Of a DNA stretch of 64,000 nt, positions 1-11,775 are shown in pieces (the first letter of the stretch is position 1; each line of letters starts with the position of its first letter). Origin of the DNA: Octopus sinensis (Eukaryota); NCBI RefSeq assembly GCF_006345805.1, contig NC_043023.1:124001-188000 (forward strand). The letters run 5' to 3'. Below the pieces are notes generated by a model. It saw nothing but the letters and a program-made list of their open reading frames with translations. It searched no databases and had not been told where the DNA came from. The position numbers and the translations under genes were made by a program.

Positions 1-195
1 TTTTGCTAATTGGTTGTTAATTATTGTGGAAGACATTCATCATCCAAGTACCAAACTCAAAATCCTAGCTGTCCCCAACAGAGCAGTTTTTGGGGCTTGC
101 TCTGCTCTCATCTCAATTCTGATTTCTCTGACATATTTCTTGAACCGAGTGATCCTACAACTACTGGAACGACAAACACTCTGCTCATAGTTCAC
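1..195 (-). mobile_element. R4/Dong-type (RLE) non-LTR retrotransposon, 3' fragment
   Basis: Minus ORF 40..225 ends KTALLGTARILSLVLG, matching the C-terminal QKxALLGTAxILRxVL motif of R4/Dong-type ORFs; the same motif recurs near 760-810 and 37820-37875. Confidence 0.55.
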
Positions 196-392
196 TGGCA
201 CACCAGACAAAATGCTTAGCAGCATTTCATCTGTCTTTACATTCTGAGTTCAAATTCTGCCGAGGTCAACTTCACCTCTCATCCTTTTAGGACCAATAAA
301 AAATAAGTATCAGTTGAGCACTGAGGTTGATGGAACCAACTTATTCCCCTCCCCTGAAATTGCCAGCCTTGAGCCAAAATTTGAAACCAATA
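196..392 (+). mobile_element. SINE family B (head GGCGGTGAGCTGGCAGAAT-like, (TAT)n tail), 5'-truncated
   Basis: caaaatgcttagc...ctgagttcaaattc (B box) ...ctttcatcctt...gtaccagt..cactggggtc body is repeated in 9 copies across the window; TAT tail follows. Confidence 0.85.
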
Positions 393-440
393 TTATTATT
401 ATCATTATTGTTGTTGTTTTTATGATTATTATTATTATTG

Positions 441-650
441 AAGGTAGCAAATTGGCAGAATAGTTAGCACACTAGATTAAATCCTTAGCAATATATTGCA
501 TGTCACTACATTCAGAGTTCAAATTCTTCCAAGATCGACATCCTTTCAGGGTCGATAAATCAAGTACCAGTGAAACACTGAAGTCAATGTAATTGACTAG
601 TGCCCTCCTCCAAAATTTCAGGCCTTGTGCTTACAACAGAAAGGGTTATT
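441..650 (+). mobile_element. SINE family B
   Basis: Head aaggtagcaaattggcagaatagttagc, B box gagttcaaatt, tail gaaagggttattattat. Confidence 0.85.
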
Positions 651-667
651 ATTATCATTATTTATTG

Positions 668-1135
668 TCTTTACACAGCTTGTAATGCTGGAGATGTACA
701 ACAGTGTCAACTATTCACTTCCAGTGAACTAAGGTAACACCCCTTATTTTCCGAGCACCATCTGGAGTATTTGGGCAGTACCTAACAGTGCTGTTTTTTG
801 CAAGTGCTCCACCCATATTGCAACCCCTACTTGCTCCATGTACTTCCCAAGATTTTTACTCACTGTTCCCAGGTACTACTATCACCTTTTTCAGCGACCA
901 CAACTGCTTAACCTCCAAAGCTAACCTGTCATATCTGTTGACTTTTCTTTCTTCCTTATCACATACCTGGTTGTCGGCTGGGCATGCTATATCTATGATC
1001 TAGCATTGTTTGCTTTCTTTCTCAATTATGACTATGTCTGGCTTCCTATTATCTATCTCATGGTCGCACTGAATCATAAAATCCCATAGGATCTTTGCAT
1101 TTCTATTTTCAATGATACCTTCGGGTTTATGTTCG
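668..1135 (-). mobile_element. R4/Dong-type non-LTR retrotransposon, 3' fragment including RLE domain
   Basis: Manual minus-strand translation gives IIDIACPADNQV..KEERKVNRYDRLALEVKQLWSLKKVIVVP and LQKTALLGTAQILQMVLG, typical of the RLE domain and C-terminus; contains stops and frameshifts. Confidence 0.65.
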
Positions 1136-1151
1136 TACCACTTTTTTGCTG

Positions 1152-1180
1152 TCATTATTATTATTATTATCATTATCATA

Positions 1181-1234
<54 letters not shown>

Positions 1235-1263
1235 GTTATTATTGTTATTATTATTGTTATTAT
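1152..1263. repeat. (TAT)n microsatellite
   Basis: About 110 bp of TAT repeats with TGT variants. Confidence 0.98.
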
Positions 1264-1445
1264 GTTAGCGCACCAGACAAAATGATTTGTGGCATGGCTT
1301 TACATTCTAAGTTCACATTTCACTAAGTTCACATTTGCCTTTCAATCTTTCAGATTCGATAGAGTATGTTTGAGCTGAGTACTGGGGTTAATGCAATTGG
1401 TTCACCATCCCCTCAAAATTGCTGGCATTGTGCCAAAAATTAGAA
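1264..1445 (+). mobile_element. SINE family B, degenerate
   Basis: gttagcgcaccagacaaaatg...gagtactggggttaatgcaattg matches the other B copies. Confidence 0.7.
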
Positions 1446-1689
1446 AGAATGACACATCTAAACAATTTGAGTTGAAGAAACTAAAAGATTATAACATGTA
1501 ATCAGTTGACACAATTGTCTAATGCCAGGCAAAATCAAACTCATTAATATCCCAAATGTGACTTCATAGCAAAATCTATATCTGCACACAATTGACATTT
1601 GCACATCCAACACAAATAGATATAGCTTCTTTCATTTTTAATACCTTTTAAAATTTTTTCTTTTAATTCTTTTCCTTCAAACACCCATA

Positions 1690-2012
1690 AAAAAGGATAA
1701 CGACCTCTCTTGGTCATGAACGACCATGAGATTGCAGTTAGGAAGTTCCCTTCCATGGCACAAATCTGGGCAAGGTTGTTTATGGAAGACCAGCAGTTAC
1801 CTGTGCATACCAGCCTCCCCTCTACATACCCCTGATGTTATCCTACAGAAAGGTAAAGGTTGCTACAGCTTGGCACCAATTATGTCACAAATCATTTCTA
1901 AAGCTAAGTAAACATGAAATAAAGTGTCTTACTCAAGAACACGACACACAGCCTGATCTTAGAACTGAACTCAATACCTCATGATTGTAAGCTCAATACT
2001 ATAACCACTAAG
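1690..2012 (-). mobile_element. SINE family C (head GGCGCATGGCTTAGTGGTTAG-like, core TTGAGCAAGACACTTTATTTCACGTTGCTCCAG)
   Basis: Reverse-complement match to the plus-strand copy at 44798-45135. Confidence 0.8.
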
Positions 2013-2091
2013 CTATGCACGTTCACCCATATGTTGAAATTAATGGGAGTGACAATTATCATCATCGTCGTCGTCATCATTATTTATTACT

Positions 2092-2255
2092 AAGGCATTG
2101 AGCAGGCAAAATAATTGCTGCACTGGTAAAAATGTTTTGCAGCATTTCTTCCAAACTTTACGTTCTGAGTTCAAATGCTGTCAGGGTCAATTTTGCCTTT
2201 TATCCTTTCGGGGTCATAAAATAAATATCAGTGGAACACTGGGGTCAATGTAATT
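2092..2255 (+). mobile_element. SINE family B
   Basis: Head aaggcattgagcaggc, B box ctgagttcaaatgc, body cctttcggggtc. Confidence 0.75.
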
Positions 2256-2444
2256 TTATTAGAAGGTCAAGCTTTTTGAGACTTAACATTGCTGATTATT
2301 CAAATGTTTCGAATATGGAAGTGGTACAACAATATATGTGCCCCAGCATGACCGTAGGCTAATGATTGACACAAGTAAAAGATAAAAGAAAGATGTAAAA
2401 TTATTTGTAAACACTTTAAAATATGATTAGTCATCAAATTGCTG

Positions 2445-2626
2445 GCCTTGTGCCAAATGAATCGACCCTAGTACTTATTTTCCTTTAAGCTTGGTACTTA
2501 TTCTATTGGTCTCTTTTGCCAAACTGTTATGGGGACACAAACACACCAACACCGGTTGTCAAGCGGTGGTGGAAGACAAACACAGACACGAAGACAACCA
2601 CACAGATACATACATACATACATATA

Positions 2627-2659
<33 letters not shown>

Positions 2660-2660
2660 C
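2445..2660 (-). mobile_element. SINE family A, 3' half (internal microsatellite; tail GGCGGTGCTCCAGCATGGCCGCAGTCAAATGACTGAAACAAGTAAAAGAG)
   Basis: tacttattctattggtctcttttgccaaac...gttgtcaagc...acaaacacagacac matches the full-length copies. Confidence 0.8.
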
Positions 2661-2751
2661 ATCATCATCATCACCATCATCATCATTTAATGTCCATTTT
2701 CTATGTGGACATTAAAGGATGATGATGTTTATATATATATATATATATATA

Positions 2752-3077
2752 GGACCCCTTTCAGACATGAATGACCATGGGATTACAACTAGGAAATTCC
2801 CCTCCAAGGCACAAGTCTCGGCAAGGTTGTTTATGGAAGACCAGCAGTCACCCATACATACTGGCCTCTCCTTGCCACCAATGTTATCCAAAGGAGAGGC
2901 AAAGGGGATGATACAGCTTGGCACCAGTGATGTCACAACTCATTTTTACAGCTGAGTGAACTGGAGCAATGTGAAATAAAGTGTCTTGCTCAAGAACACA
3001 ACACACAGCCCAATTCGGAAATCAGACTTACTACTTCTTGATTGTGAGTCCAACACTCTAACCACTAAGCCATATGC
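2752..3077 (-). mobile_element. SINE family C
   Basis: Reverse-complement match to 44798-45135 including tail gacccctttcagacatgaatgaccatgg. Confidence 0.85.
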
Positions 3078-3079
3078 AA

Positions 3080-3220
3080 TAGGTGTCTTTCAGTTTTTGT
3101 CTACCAAATCTACTCACAATCCTTTCAGTGGCCTGAAGCTATAGTAGACGACACTTCCTTAAGGTGCCACACAGTGGGACTGAACCCAGAACCATGTGGT
3201 TGGGAAGCAAGCTTCTTTAT
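3080..3220 (-). mobile_element. SINE family A, 5' half
   Basis: tttcagtt..tctaccaaatc..gtgggactgaacccagaaccatgtggttgg is the reverse of the tRNA-like head. Confidence 0.8.
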
Positions 3221-3847
3221 TTCATTTAATTGGCCACAAGGGCTTTACACAGAAAGGAAGCTGTGGGCGGGACACACACACATAAAGATATGAATGACAA
3301 ATGAAATGGTGAAAATTGTGGGCAACAGCAATGCTGTAGACCTGAGCACATTGTTCTTTTATAACACATTTCGAGGCAATGAACCTCTTACAAAAACAAC
3401 ATTAAGGAGGCAATATACCTCTTACATTGAATACAGACGAAGCCACTTTGAGGCAATGAACCTTTGAGGCAAGCTTCTTACAACACAGCCACACCTGATG
3501 AATTTTTGAGAAATATCTTACTAATTAGCTAAAATGCTTTATTTTCCATGTGATAAGATTTGCCATACAATAAAAAAAAAAGCATTTAGCTATTCATCAA
3601 GAGTAAAGCTTCATTAACAATAATTATGTTCCTTACTTTTGTGTGTTTTACATATATGATAATGAAAACATGAAAATATATTTTTGTATGTGAATAGATG
3701 AAGATATCACATGTTCTATGTATGAAAAACAAGAAAACATATGTGATATGGTGTTTTTCTCTGAAAGACAAAGATTATATCTTCCTTGAGTGTCTTGTAA
3801 TAGATTAATCAATTTTGCAATTAACATTATCACACCCACCCTCCTTT

Positions 3848-4062
3848 AAAGGTAGTGAGCTGGCAGAACTGTTTGCATGTCAAGCAAAATGCTTAGCGAT
3901 ATTTTGTCCATTTTTACATTCTGAGTTCAAATTCTACCAAGAATGACATTGTCATTCATCCTTTTGGGATAAATTAAGTACAGCTGAGTACTGAGGTCGA
4001 TGTACTTGACTTACCCCTTTCCCTGAAGTTGATGGACTTGTACCAGAATTGGAAACCAGTAT
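3848..4062 (+). mobile_element. SINE family B
   Basis: Full head aaggtagtgagctggcagaac, B box and agtattattg tail. Confidence 0.85.
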
Positions 4063-4559
4063 TATTGTCCCTTTAAACATCAGATATATTTGGACAAGGA
4101 GGTGATGAGGCATCTGTCTTAGTATCTAAATGTATACATATACTGAGTGAATTTCGTTTAAAAAAAATTTCATTGAGTCGTTTATAACTTTTTCTTTTGC
4201 TTAGGTTGATGAACCAATACTTTAGAAAGTAATATGACATTGTGTAACTATTAAGGTTGCTGCAACTAGACAGAAGTAGAAAATTTTGAATTTGAACTGG
4301 AAAGCAGCAAAATTTTTGGTGTAGTTGTAGCTCACCTTAATAATATTTCTGTTAAAAATTTAATATCTATTCTCTTGGAATAAACAGTTAAAATATAAGG
4401 AGGGTTATACCAGATGATATTTCGTCCCATTATTTTTGCATTTATTAATATTGATACTATTGTCTTTTAATATCATTGTGATAATGAATAGCAAAGTAAA
4501 AAGACTTTTCATTTGAAAATAAGCAACATTTGCACTTACTAATATTATTAAGGTATGGT

Positions 4560-5150
4560 TGAAATTATATTGGCCGAATGCAATTTCTCATGAGGTTTAC
4601 TATAAGAGCAGTAACTAAACTTGATATTCATATCTACAGTGATCTTATATTTTGAATATGGAAATGAACACTTTCCTAATAGCATTCATTATGTGGTCGT
4701 TCATACATCACAAAATGAACAAACTCATCTCAGTGAAGATCAAACTCAGAGAAACACAATCTCTTCTGAAGCTAGTCTATGGTGTACAATTCTACCAATT
4801 CACAAGCCTCAACCCTCCATTATGATCCTATGGTTACATCAAACAATTTGTAGCAGTTTCATTTATCCCATAACGAATTATTGTAAAATAACAAATATTT
4901 CCTAGAATTCATGATAATATCATTGTTTAAGTCACTAATTTAAACAAAATCTCCCAGGCTCCAAAACCTTTTACAAGAGAAAAATTAGCTATAGATGGAT
5001 ACAACTCTACTATATCTAACTACATAAATTTACAGTGGCACTCATTATCTAGATTAATGAACCCCTTCATGACTGATAAACTACTATTCCGTAAAGGAAG
5101 AACAGTGCCCTCTCTAATGTTAAAAATGATGGCATCTAAAATATTTCTAC
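4560..5150 (+). mobile_element. Possible very old Helitron Rep remnant
   Basis: Scattered frames give TIRAVTKLDIHIYS, VVVHTSQNEQTHLSE and LHYDPMV, loosely resembling Helitron Rep N-terminal motifs (LDxRxYN, IVI..ISE.H, YDPLxYPL). Weak, by eye only. Confidence 0.25.
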
Positions 5151-6331
5151 TGACTGCCTATATCTTTCTTTTCTAAGATTTATTATTCTACATTTTGGGT
5201 TGGCAAGAAAATTATCTTTATGATCTTTAAAAGTAATATATGGTTCACATAGTGTTAAAGTTTCTACACTATCGTTTATTTTTAGGCTGGTAGCTATTTT
5301 GTTTGCTTCTAAATTAATAGCATTGTAAGTGCTAGAAATGGCTTTTATATAACTAATGGTTATATTGTTGGAAATGTATCCATGCTATGTGCAACTATCA
5401 GTTTCGTACATATTTATAGTTTGGTCTGAATTATTTTACACTGATATGTCTGCATCAGTGTCTTCAGCTTGCTTGTTATAGTCACAGCCTCTACAACCTT
5501 TTGAAACATTGCTCTGCTCCTCAATTTTTTGAATATTCATTGTATTCAGTAGCATTTTTGCAATTTTAATTCAAAATTCAAAATATTGTCTTATTTATTC
5601 ACCAATTTGCAATGCACTTGCTTGTTCTATTTAAAGCAGGGATTGAACTTACACCCACCAGTTAAATTCTAACACTTAATATTTATATTCACTAATGCTC
5701 CAGAGGACATTTAGGTGATGAAAATTAGGAGCATTTAAACTTTATTTATTATTTTTATTTTAAGCTTCATTTTTGTTTTTTATAAATTAAAAGCACCCAA
5801 GAGTGTTCCTCACTAAGCTAAGCTAACTGAGGAGATTATCAAAGCTCAGAATTATGCACTCAGAACACATTTTTGTTCACTGTGTCCCACAGGAGATTGA
5901 GCTGATGGAAATTAGAAACTTTTAAAGTTAATTTTTTCTATTAATTTAAGCTTAGTTTTCTTTCTTAATTAACAATTCCCATATGGTATTCCATTCTATG
6001 CTAGGCCAAATGAGGAGATTATCGAAATTCCACACATGCACTGACTCTGCCCACAATTGTTTTAGGAAGTTTGTCATGCTTTATTTTTAGTCACAATTTC
6101 ATAGGATGGAATAAATACTATTTTAGTTCCTGATTTCTTAATGAAGGCTTTTGTTGAGAAGAGATGATCCCCATTATATAGGCCTAATTTTGACTGAGCT
6201 GATGTTATAACCCACAGATCATTTCATTTTCCCCGATTGTAGTATTCTTTTACTAATATTCTCAACCTTTGAGTCTCTACTTTTGGACACAGCTCCTGAT
6301 GCTATGTTTGCTGAGTAGTTATAACTCTGGT

Positions 6332-6632
6332 GAAGGTGCATGGCTCAGCAGTTAGAATATTCAGCTCATGATCATATGGTCAAGTGTATGATTCCCAGCA
6401 GAATGGTGTGTCCTTGAGCAAGACATTTTATTTCATGTTGCTGGCAAAAATGTGTAGCACCTGTATTTCAGATAGCTGACCTCTTCATATTCTGTGTCAT
6501 ACTGAATCTCTCTGAAAACCATGTTAAGGGTACTTGTGCCTGTGGAGTGCTCAGCCACATTAATTTCCCGAGCAGGCTGTTCCATTGATTGGATCAACTG
6601 AAACACTTGCCATTGTGGCTGATGGAGTGCCA
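6332..6632 (+). mobile_element. SINE family D (C-like head, distinct tail ...gatcaactggaacacttgccattgtggctgatggagtgcca)
   Basis: Homologous to 7300-7602 (minus) and to the mariner-interrupted copy at 30590-31470. Confidence 0.8.
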
Positions 6633-6899
6633 GAATAAGTTACAACTATAAAGGGTCTTTCTAATCCTGATTGTCTTTTGTTGGTATCTGTCTGGGTCAC
6701 CACTTTTGCTTGATATAGTTTGATGTCAATGATCTTTTCTTTCACACTGTGTGAATGGTGGGTATCAAAGTTCAAGTACTGTCTGATGAGTGTAAACTTA
6801 CAATATACAGATATTGTAAATCCACACCCTGAGAGTTATCAGCACGTCCATGAAGACTCATTTATTGTCTTTTACCTTTTCTGCAACATCACAACCACT

Positions 6900-7160
6900 G
6901 CAAGAGATTGTAGCAGAGTGTTAATTCCACCTGGTTGGCCACATTCCCTGTCTAGTCGATCAATGGCACTCAAAAACAGCCAAGACCTGGGTAACACCTG
7001 ATGCTAGGTGTAAAAGGGGCAGGCTGGAGATCAGTTGGCAGCAATCATTTCGAGATGACCTGAGGACAGAGATGACATGGATTGGATGTGCAAGAGTAGC
7101 AAATGACCAATGGAGAAAGTTTGCTGTCTAATGCACAGAGCAAAGCAGGGGAACCTTTAG
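6900..7160 (+). mobile_element. RTE/RTE-X-clade LINE C-terminal fragment
   Basis: Translation TPDARCKRGRLEISWQQSFRDDLRTEMTWIGCARVANDQWRKFA resembles the RTE C-terminal GRPxxTW..DL..W...A.DRxxW motif. Confidence 0.55.
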
Positions 7161-7299
7161 CTAAGGGTTGGAGTAACAAAATTGGTATAGCTAAATAGGT
7201 CCACTTTAATCATGCTGTTGTAGGGTGTCGGGAAGAACTGGTAAAAGCATTAAATTAAACGAAGTCCAGTGGTTATTACTGACACTCTGTTGATTATGA

Positions 7300-7602
7300 C
7301 AATGAGGGTTTCTGTTGATCTGATCAATGGAACTGCCAGCTTATGAAATTAGTGTGCAAGTGGCTGAGTACTCCATAGATATGCATACCTTTAACATAGT
7401 CCTCAGGGAGATTCAGTGTGACACAAAATGGGACAAAGCTGGCCCTTTGAAATACAGATACAACTAAATTTTGCCAGCTGAGTGGATGGGACAACGTGAA
7501 ATAAAGTATCTTGCTCAGGGACACAACACACTGCCAGGAATTGAACATACGACCTTAAGATTGTGAACTGAATACCCTAACCACTAAACCATGCACCTTC
7601 CC
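7300..7602 (-). mobile_element. SINE family D
   Basis: Reverse complement of 6332-6632; head end ctaaccactaaaccatgcaccttc. Confidence 0.8.
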
Positions 7603-7831
7603 AGTGAATATTATAGTCACCACATATGTCAACACCTGACCCAATTCCTCAAACACATCACAGCCCATGGAACACAGCCAGCGGCCCCCAACTTCCAGAC
7701 CTCTTCACTTGTTTTCACTCAACCGCTGTGCTCACTACAGAGCTGACAGAGCAACCCAACCAAGGTATTTCTCTCTTGTTCTCTTGACATTTTCAATGAT
7801 GGGAACTTTATCTGAAATAATAGTTCACTAT

Positions 7832-8030
7832 CTCTTATCTTTTACTTGTTTCTGTCATTGGACTGCAGCTATGATTGGGCAAATCAATCCCAGTATTTGT
7901 TTTTTAAGTCTGGTACTTATTCCATTGGTATGTTTTGCTGAACCACTACTCGTGGGGATATAAAAAAACCAACACCTGTTGTCATGTGGTGGAAGAACAA
8001 TCACAGACACACACATATGTATGTATGTCA
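7832..8030 (-). mobile_element. SINE family A, 3' half
   Basis: tttacttgtttctgtcattggactgcagc tail plus body. Confidence 0.75.
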
Positions 8031-8139
8031 TTATTCAGTTTATTTCAAGATTTCTTGCCATAGAGAAAGAACCGGTTTCTAACCTAGATCCAAGGCTTCT
8101 TCATTGGAATTTCAACATCAACAACAGGGTATTTTTGTT

Positions 8140-8168
8140 TGTTTGTATGTATGTATGTATGTACGTAC

Positions 8169-8199
<31 letters not shown>

Positions 8200-8201
8200 T
8201 G

Positions 8202-8232
<31 letters not shown>

Positions 8233-8264
8233 TGTAATGTATGTATGTATGTATGTATGTAATG

Positions 8265-8295
<31 letters not shown>

Positions 8296-8530
8296 TGTAT
8301 GTATGTATGTATGTATGTATGTATGTATGTATGTACGTATGTATGTATGTATGTATGTAATGTATGTATGTATGTGTGTGTGTATGTATGTGTGTGTGTA
8401 TGTATGTATGTATGTATGTAATGTATGTACGTATGTATGTATGTATGTATGTATGTGTGTGTGTATGTATGTATGTATGTATGTAATGTATGTATGTATG
8501 TGTGTGTGTGTGTGTGTGTATGCATGTATG
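8140..8530. repeat. (TATG)n/(TG)n compound microsatellite
   Basis: About 390 bp; it produces the spurious YVCM/HTYI ORFs at 7979-8608. Confidence 0.98.
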
Positions 8531-8534
8531 TATA

Positions 8535-8790
8535 GCATCAAGTTCACAATCATGAGGTTGTGAATTCAATTCACAGACTGGGCTGTGTTGTGTTCTTGAG
8601 CAAGACACTTTATTTCACATTGCTCCAGTTCACTCAGCTGTAGAAATGAGTCATGACATCACTGGTGCCAAGCTGTATCGGCCCCTTTGCCTTTCCCTTG
8701 GATAACATTGATGGTGTGGAGAGGGGAGGCTGGTATGCATGGGTGACTTCTGGTCTTCCATAAACCACCTTGCAGACTTGTGCCTCGGAG
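8535..8790 (+). mobile_element. SINE family C
   Basis: gttcttgagcaagacactttatttcacattgctccagttcactcagctgtagaaatgag is near-identical to 44878-44940. Confidence 0.85.
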
Positions 8791-9419
8791 AGGATCTTTC
8801 TAGAGAGCGGGAGAGAGGGAGCTGCAATGCAGTGACTGAACCAAGTATCAGATTACAGATAAAACTCAGGACTTCCATGTATTGGGGACTGACTAGTTAT
8901 AATAAAAAGGAAACTAAGTTATTGTTGGTATGCATAGGCAACTGCTGCTCTTTCGTAAACAACCTTGCCTGGACTTATGCCTCAGAGGGTAAATTTCTAA
9001 GTGCAATCACATGGTCATTCATACATACATACATACATACATACATACATACATACATACATACATAAAAACAAAAATACTGTGTTGTTGATGTTGAAAT
9101 TCCAATGAAGAAGCCTTGGATCTAGGTTAGAAACTTGAAAAAAACTGAACAATGACATACATACATGCAGGAGGAGGAGGAGGAGGAGGAGGTTTTAGGG
9201 CACCATGTGGTTTTAGGGCACCCTACTACTCTTTTCCCCCCAAGCTGCCACTTTAGTGCCACCATACAATTATATACTAGAAATAACAGCCAGATATCCC
9301 TCAAATCACAGCCTTGTGTCTTGGGATACACTTAGCAATCTGAAAGAAATTTGGTTGCTTGAAATAATAGCCAAATCTCCTTCAGATTACATCTTTGTGC
9401 CTTTAACTAAAGGCACAAA

Positions 9420-9930
9420 GGCACAGTTCTCTCTGTGCCATGAGGCACATAAATCCACAACATGATCTCTCCAACCAGCTGTTTTCTGCCACTGTTCTGA
9501 TCTCATTCCAGTTTCTCCACCCTTTTTGTCTTGTTTCCTTCGCAATGGTCCTTTGCCATGTGGTTTTAGGGCACCCTACTGCTATTTTCCCCCTCAAGCT
9601 TCCACTTAAGTGAAACTATACAATGCTTTCTCAATCTTGTCTGGGGATCTGTCTGATCCAGTTCCAGTGTCTCTGATCCTGTTGATGCCTGCCCTCATCT
9701 TAATTGTGCCATTTTGGGATTCTTTGCAACCATTTGATGATAAGTATCCTCGTTAAGCATATGAATTGGAGCGGTTTATTGTTTTTCCTTCCATTTTTGT
9801 CAGTTTCTAGTTTCTACATCTGTGGAGTAATGGTGGCTGGACCAGTGTCTTGAACAGCTTCAGCTTTGTTTTGGAGCCTACACCTTTGCTATTCCACGGT
9901 CTGCTGAACTTTCAGCTGATAATAAGCATA
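9420..9930 (-). mobile_element. RTE-clade LINE 3' fragment, degenerate
   Basis: ORF 9403..9597 GCPKTTWQRTIAKETRQKGWRNWNEIRTVAENS resembles the RTE C-terminus. Confidence 0.55.
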
Positions 9931-9949
9931 TCAGCCATAACGCCTTTAA

Positions 9950-10170
9950 CCCTTTTGTTACTGTATTTATTTTGAGATGTTCTGTGTTTCTTTCAATTAC
10001 TTTAAATATAACAAAGAATTTAGTAAAATAACTTGGTTATTATTCAGCTTGTGTTAGGGACATAGATTGTGACTGAGGTTTGGTGGAAGATTTTAATTTA
10101 AAACTTAAGAAAACAAGACTTTTGTACTACAGAGCCAGAGGTGGTTTCAGCCAGGTTGGTATCAAAAGGG
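9950..10170. mobile_element. piggyBac-like MITE, copy 1
   Basis: TTAA at 9946-9949, then CCCTTTTGTTAC...GGTATCAAAAGGG; the right flank is TAAA. Confidence 0.7.
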
Positions 10171-10255
10171 TAAATTTGCAGATTTTGTTTCAGTTGTTAG
10201 AAATAGCAGCCAAATCTTGTGCAGATTGAAGGCACATTTGACTGACTGTCTTTAA

Positions 10256-10453
10256 CCTCGTTACCATATTTCTGTTGAGATTCTCTGTGTCCTTCAATTA
10301 ATTTAGTAAAATAACTTGGTTATCATTCAGCTAGTGTTAGGAACATAAATTGTGACTAAGATTTAGTGGAAGATTTTAATTCAAAACTTAAGAAAACAAG
10401 ACATTTGTACTACAGAGCCAGAGGCAGTTTCAGCCGGGTTGGTAACGAAAGGG
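10256..10453. mobile_element. piggyBac-like MITE, copy 2
   Basis: TTAA|CCTCGTTACC...GGTAACGAAAGGG|TTAA; internal sequence homologous to copy 1. Confidence 0.75.
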
Positions 10454-10489
10454 TTAAAGTGCCAGTCCTCATTTTGATCACTGCAAGAA

Positions 10490-11000
10490 CCCAACAAGAT
10501 AGACACACAAACTGCTCAGTGCTTAATGGAGATGTAGACAAGCTATACTTCCCACTCAGGGATGGTGGCCATGGCCTTAAATTTTCACTGATGTCATATG
10601 AAACACATATTGAGACACTGAAACAACATCTGCTGTAGACGGAAGAGAGCTGTAACTATCTTGCCCAAGTTTGTGACTATGAAATCAACAACGTAATTAG
10701 GATAGCTTATGAACTTGAGGAGAGATAGGAAATAAGAGCTGTTACAGATCCCCATCCCCAAAGAGCATTGGTAAATTCTGTTTATCAAAAGAACAAAAGA
10801 ATTGACCAGTTTACTGAGAAGAATGTACATGGATATTTTGCACAAAAGACACAAGCCACAGAGGGAATAAATCATAGCAAAAGCTTGGCATGGGATATTG
10901 ACAAGTAGATGGTATTCAACTTTGAAGACTACCTCCAAGCAATTCAAAAACAAGAGACCCTCATTTAATATCTGCAACATAGAAGACAGAATTAACAAAC
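10490..11000 (+). mobile_element. R4/Dong-type LINE internal fragment (post-RT region)
   Basis: GDVDKLYFPLRDGGHGL, EKNVHGYF and FEDYLQAIQKQE resemble DVDRLYLPRxxGGRGL, KxLHGxF and EGxxxAIQEQ. Confidence 0.6.
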
Positions 11001-11010
11001 AACAAATGTA

Positions 11011-11775
11011 TGAGGGTCGACTGAAAAATTTACAAACTGACCAAAATACTCATAAGGAATGTGACCAAATGAAGTTTAATTTTCAGCATAGCGGCCCTTG
11101 TGGCTCACACACTTATTTCATTGGTGCTAGCACTTGGATCCCATCCTGTTGGGCAAAAAAAGTCAAAGTCATCAACAACAGATATAATTCCGTCATGATT
11201 GGAATACTAGTTCCCAGCCAAGTGTTTTTTTATGTTGGGGCCAAATCAGGAGAATAGGGAGGGACAGTGATCAACCAGTTCAAAGCCACAGTCATTTACA
11301 GCAGCCATAGAAAGTAAGGACTTGTGTGCTGGAGCACTGTCCTGATGAAACAAGTCCCCTGATATCAGTTTTCCTGGGTGTTTGGTCTTGATAGCTTTTC
11401 ATAACTGCCTCAGCAAGTTGGTATAATACTCTCCATTAATGGTGTGGCCCTTTTGAAGATAATCAATAAATGCAATGCCTTTTGCATCACCAAAAGCTGA
11501 GGTCAACACCTTCCCTGCATACGAATCAATATTGGCCTTCTTTGAGCAGGTGAGGAGGAGTGTTTCTACTGCATGGATTATCTCTTTGTCTCTGGCTCAA
11601 AGTGATGAACCCAACACTCATCCTGGCTTTGGAAATGTTCGAGAAAACCAGCTGGATCTGCCTGAAATAATGTCAGATTTTCCTGTAATGTGACCAGCTT
11701 GTTGCACTTTAGATCAGGTCACACAAGACGTGGTACCCACAGACCAGAAGCCTATGTCATGATAAGTTCATTGAG
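11011..11775 (-). mobile_element. mariner transposon remnant (irritans-like), one TIR plus transposase 3' two-thirds
   Basis: TA|TGAGGGTCGACTGAAAAA TIR at 11011; minus translation contains WVPRL, DECWVHHFEPETK, HQDSAPAH and YSPDLAP, with stops and frameshifts; no second TIR found. Confidence 0.8.

Noticed and set aside
5990-6080. Minus-strand LPKQLWAESV as a copia integrase remnant
   Set aside because: A single short motif with no surrounding integrase similarity or LTRs.
7979-8608. Long ORFs of YVCM / HTYI repeats (also 31721-34028, 53228-55738, 24919-25225, 21925-22185)
   Set aside because: They are translations of (TATG)n, (TA)n and (CA)n microsatellites that lack stop codons; there is no protein signal.
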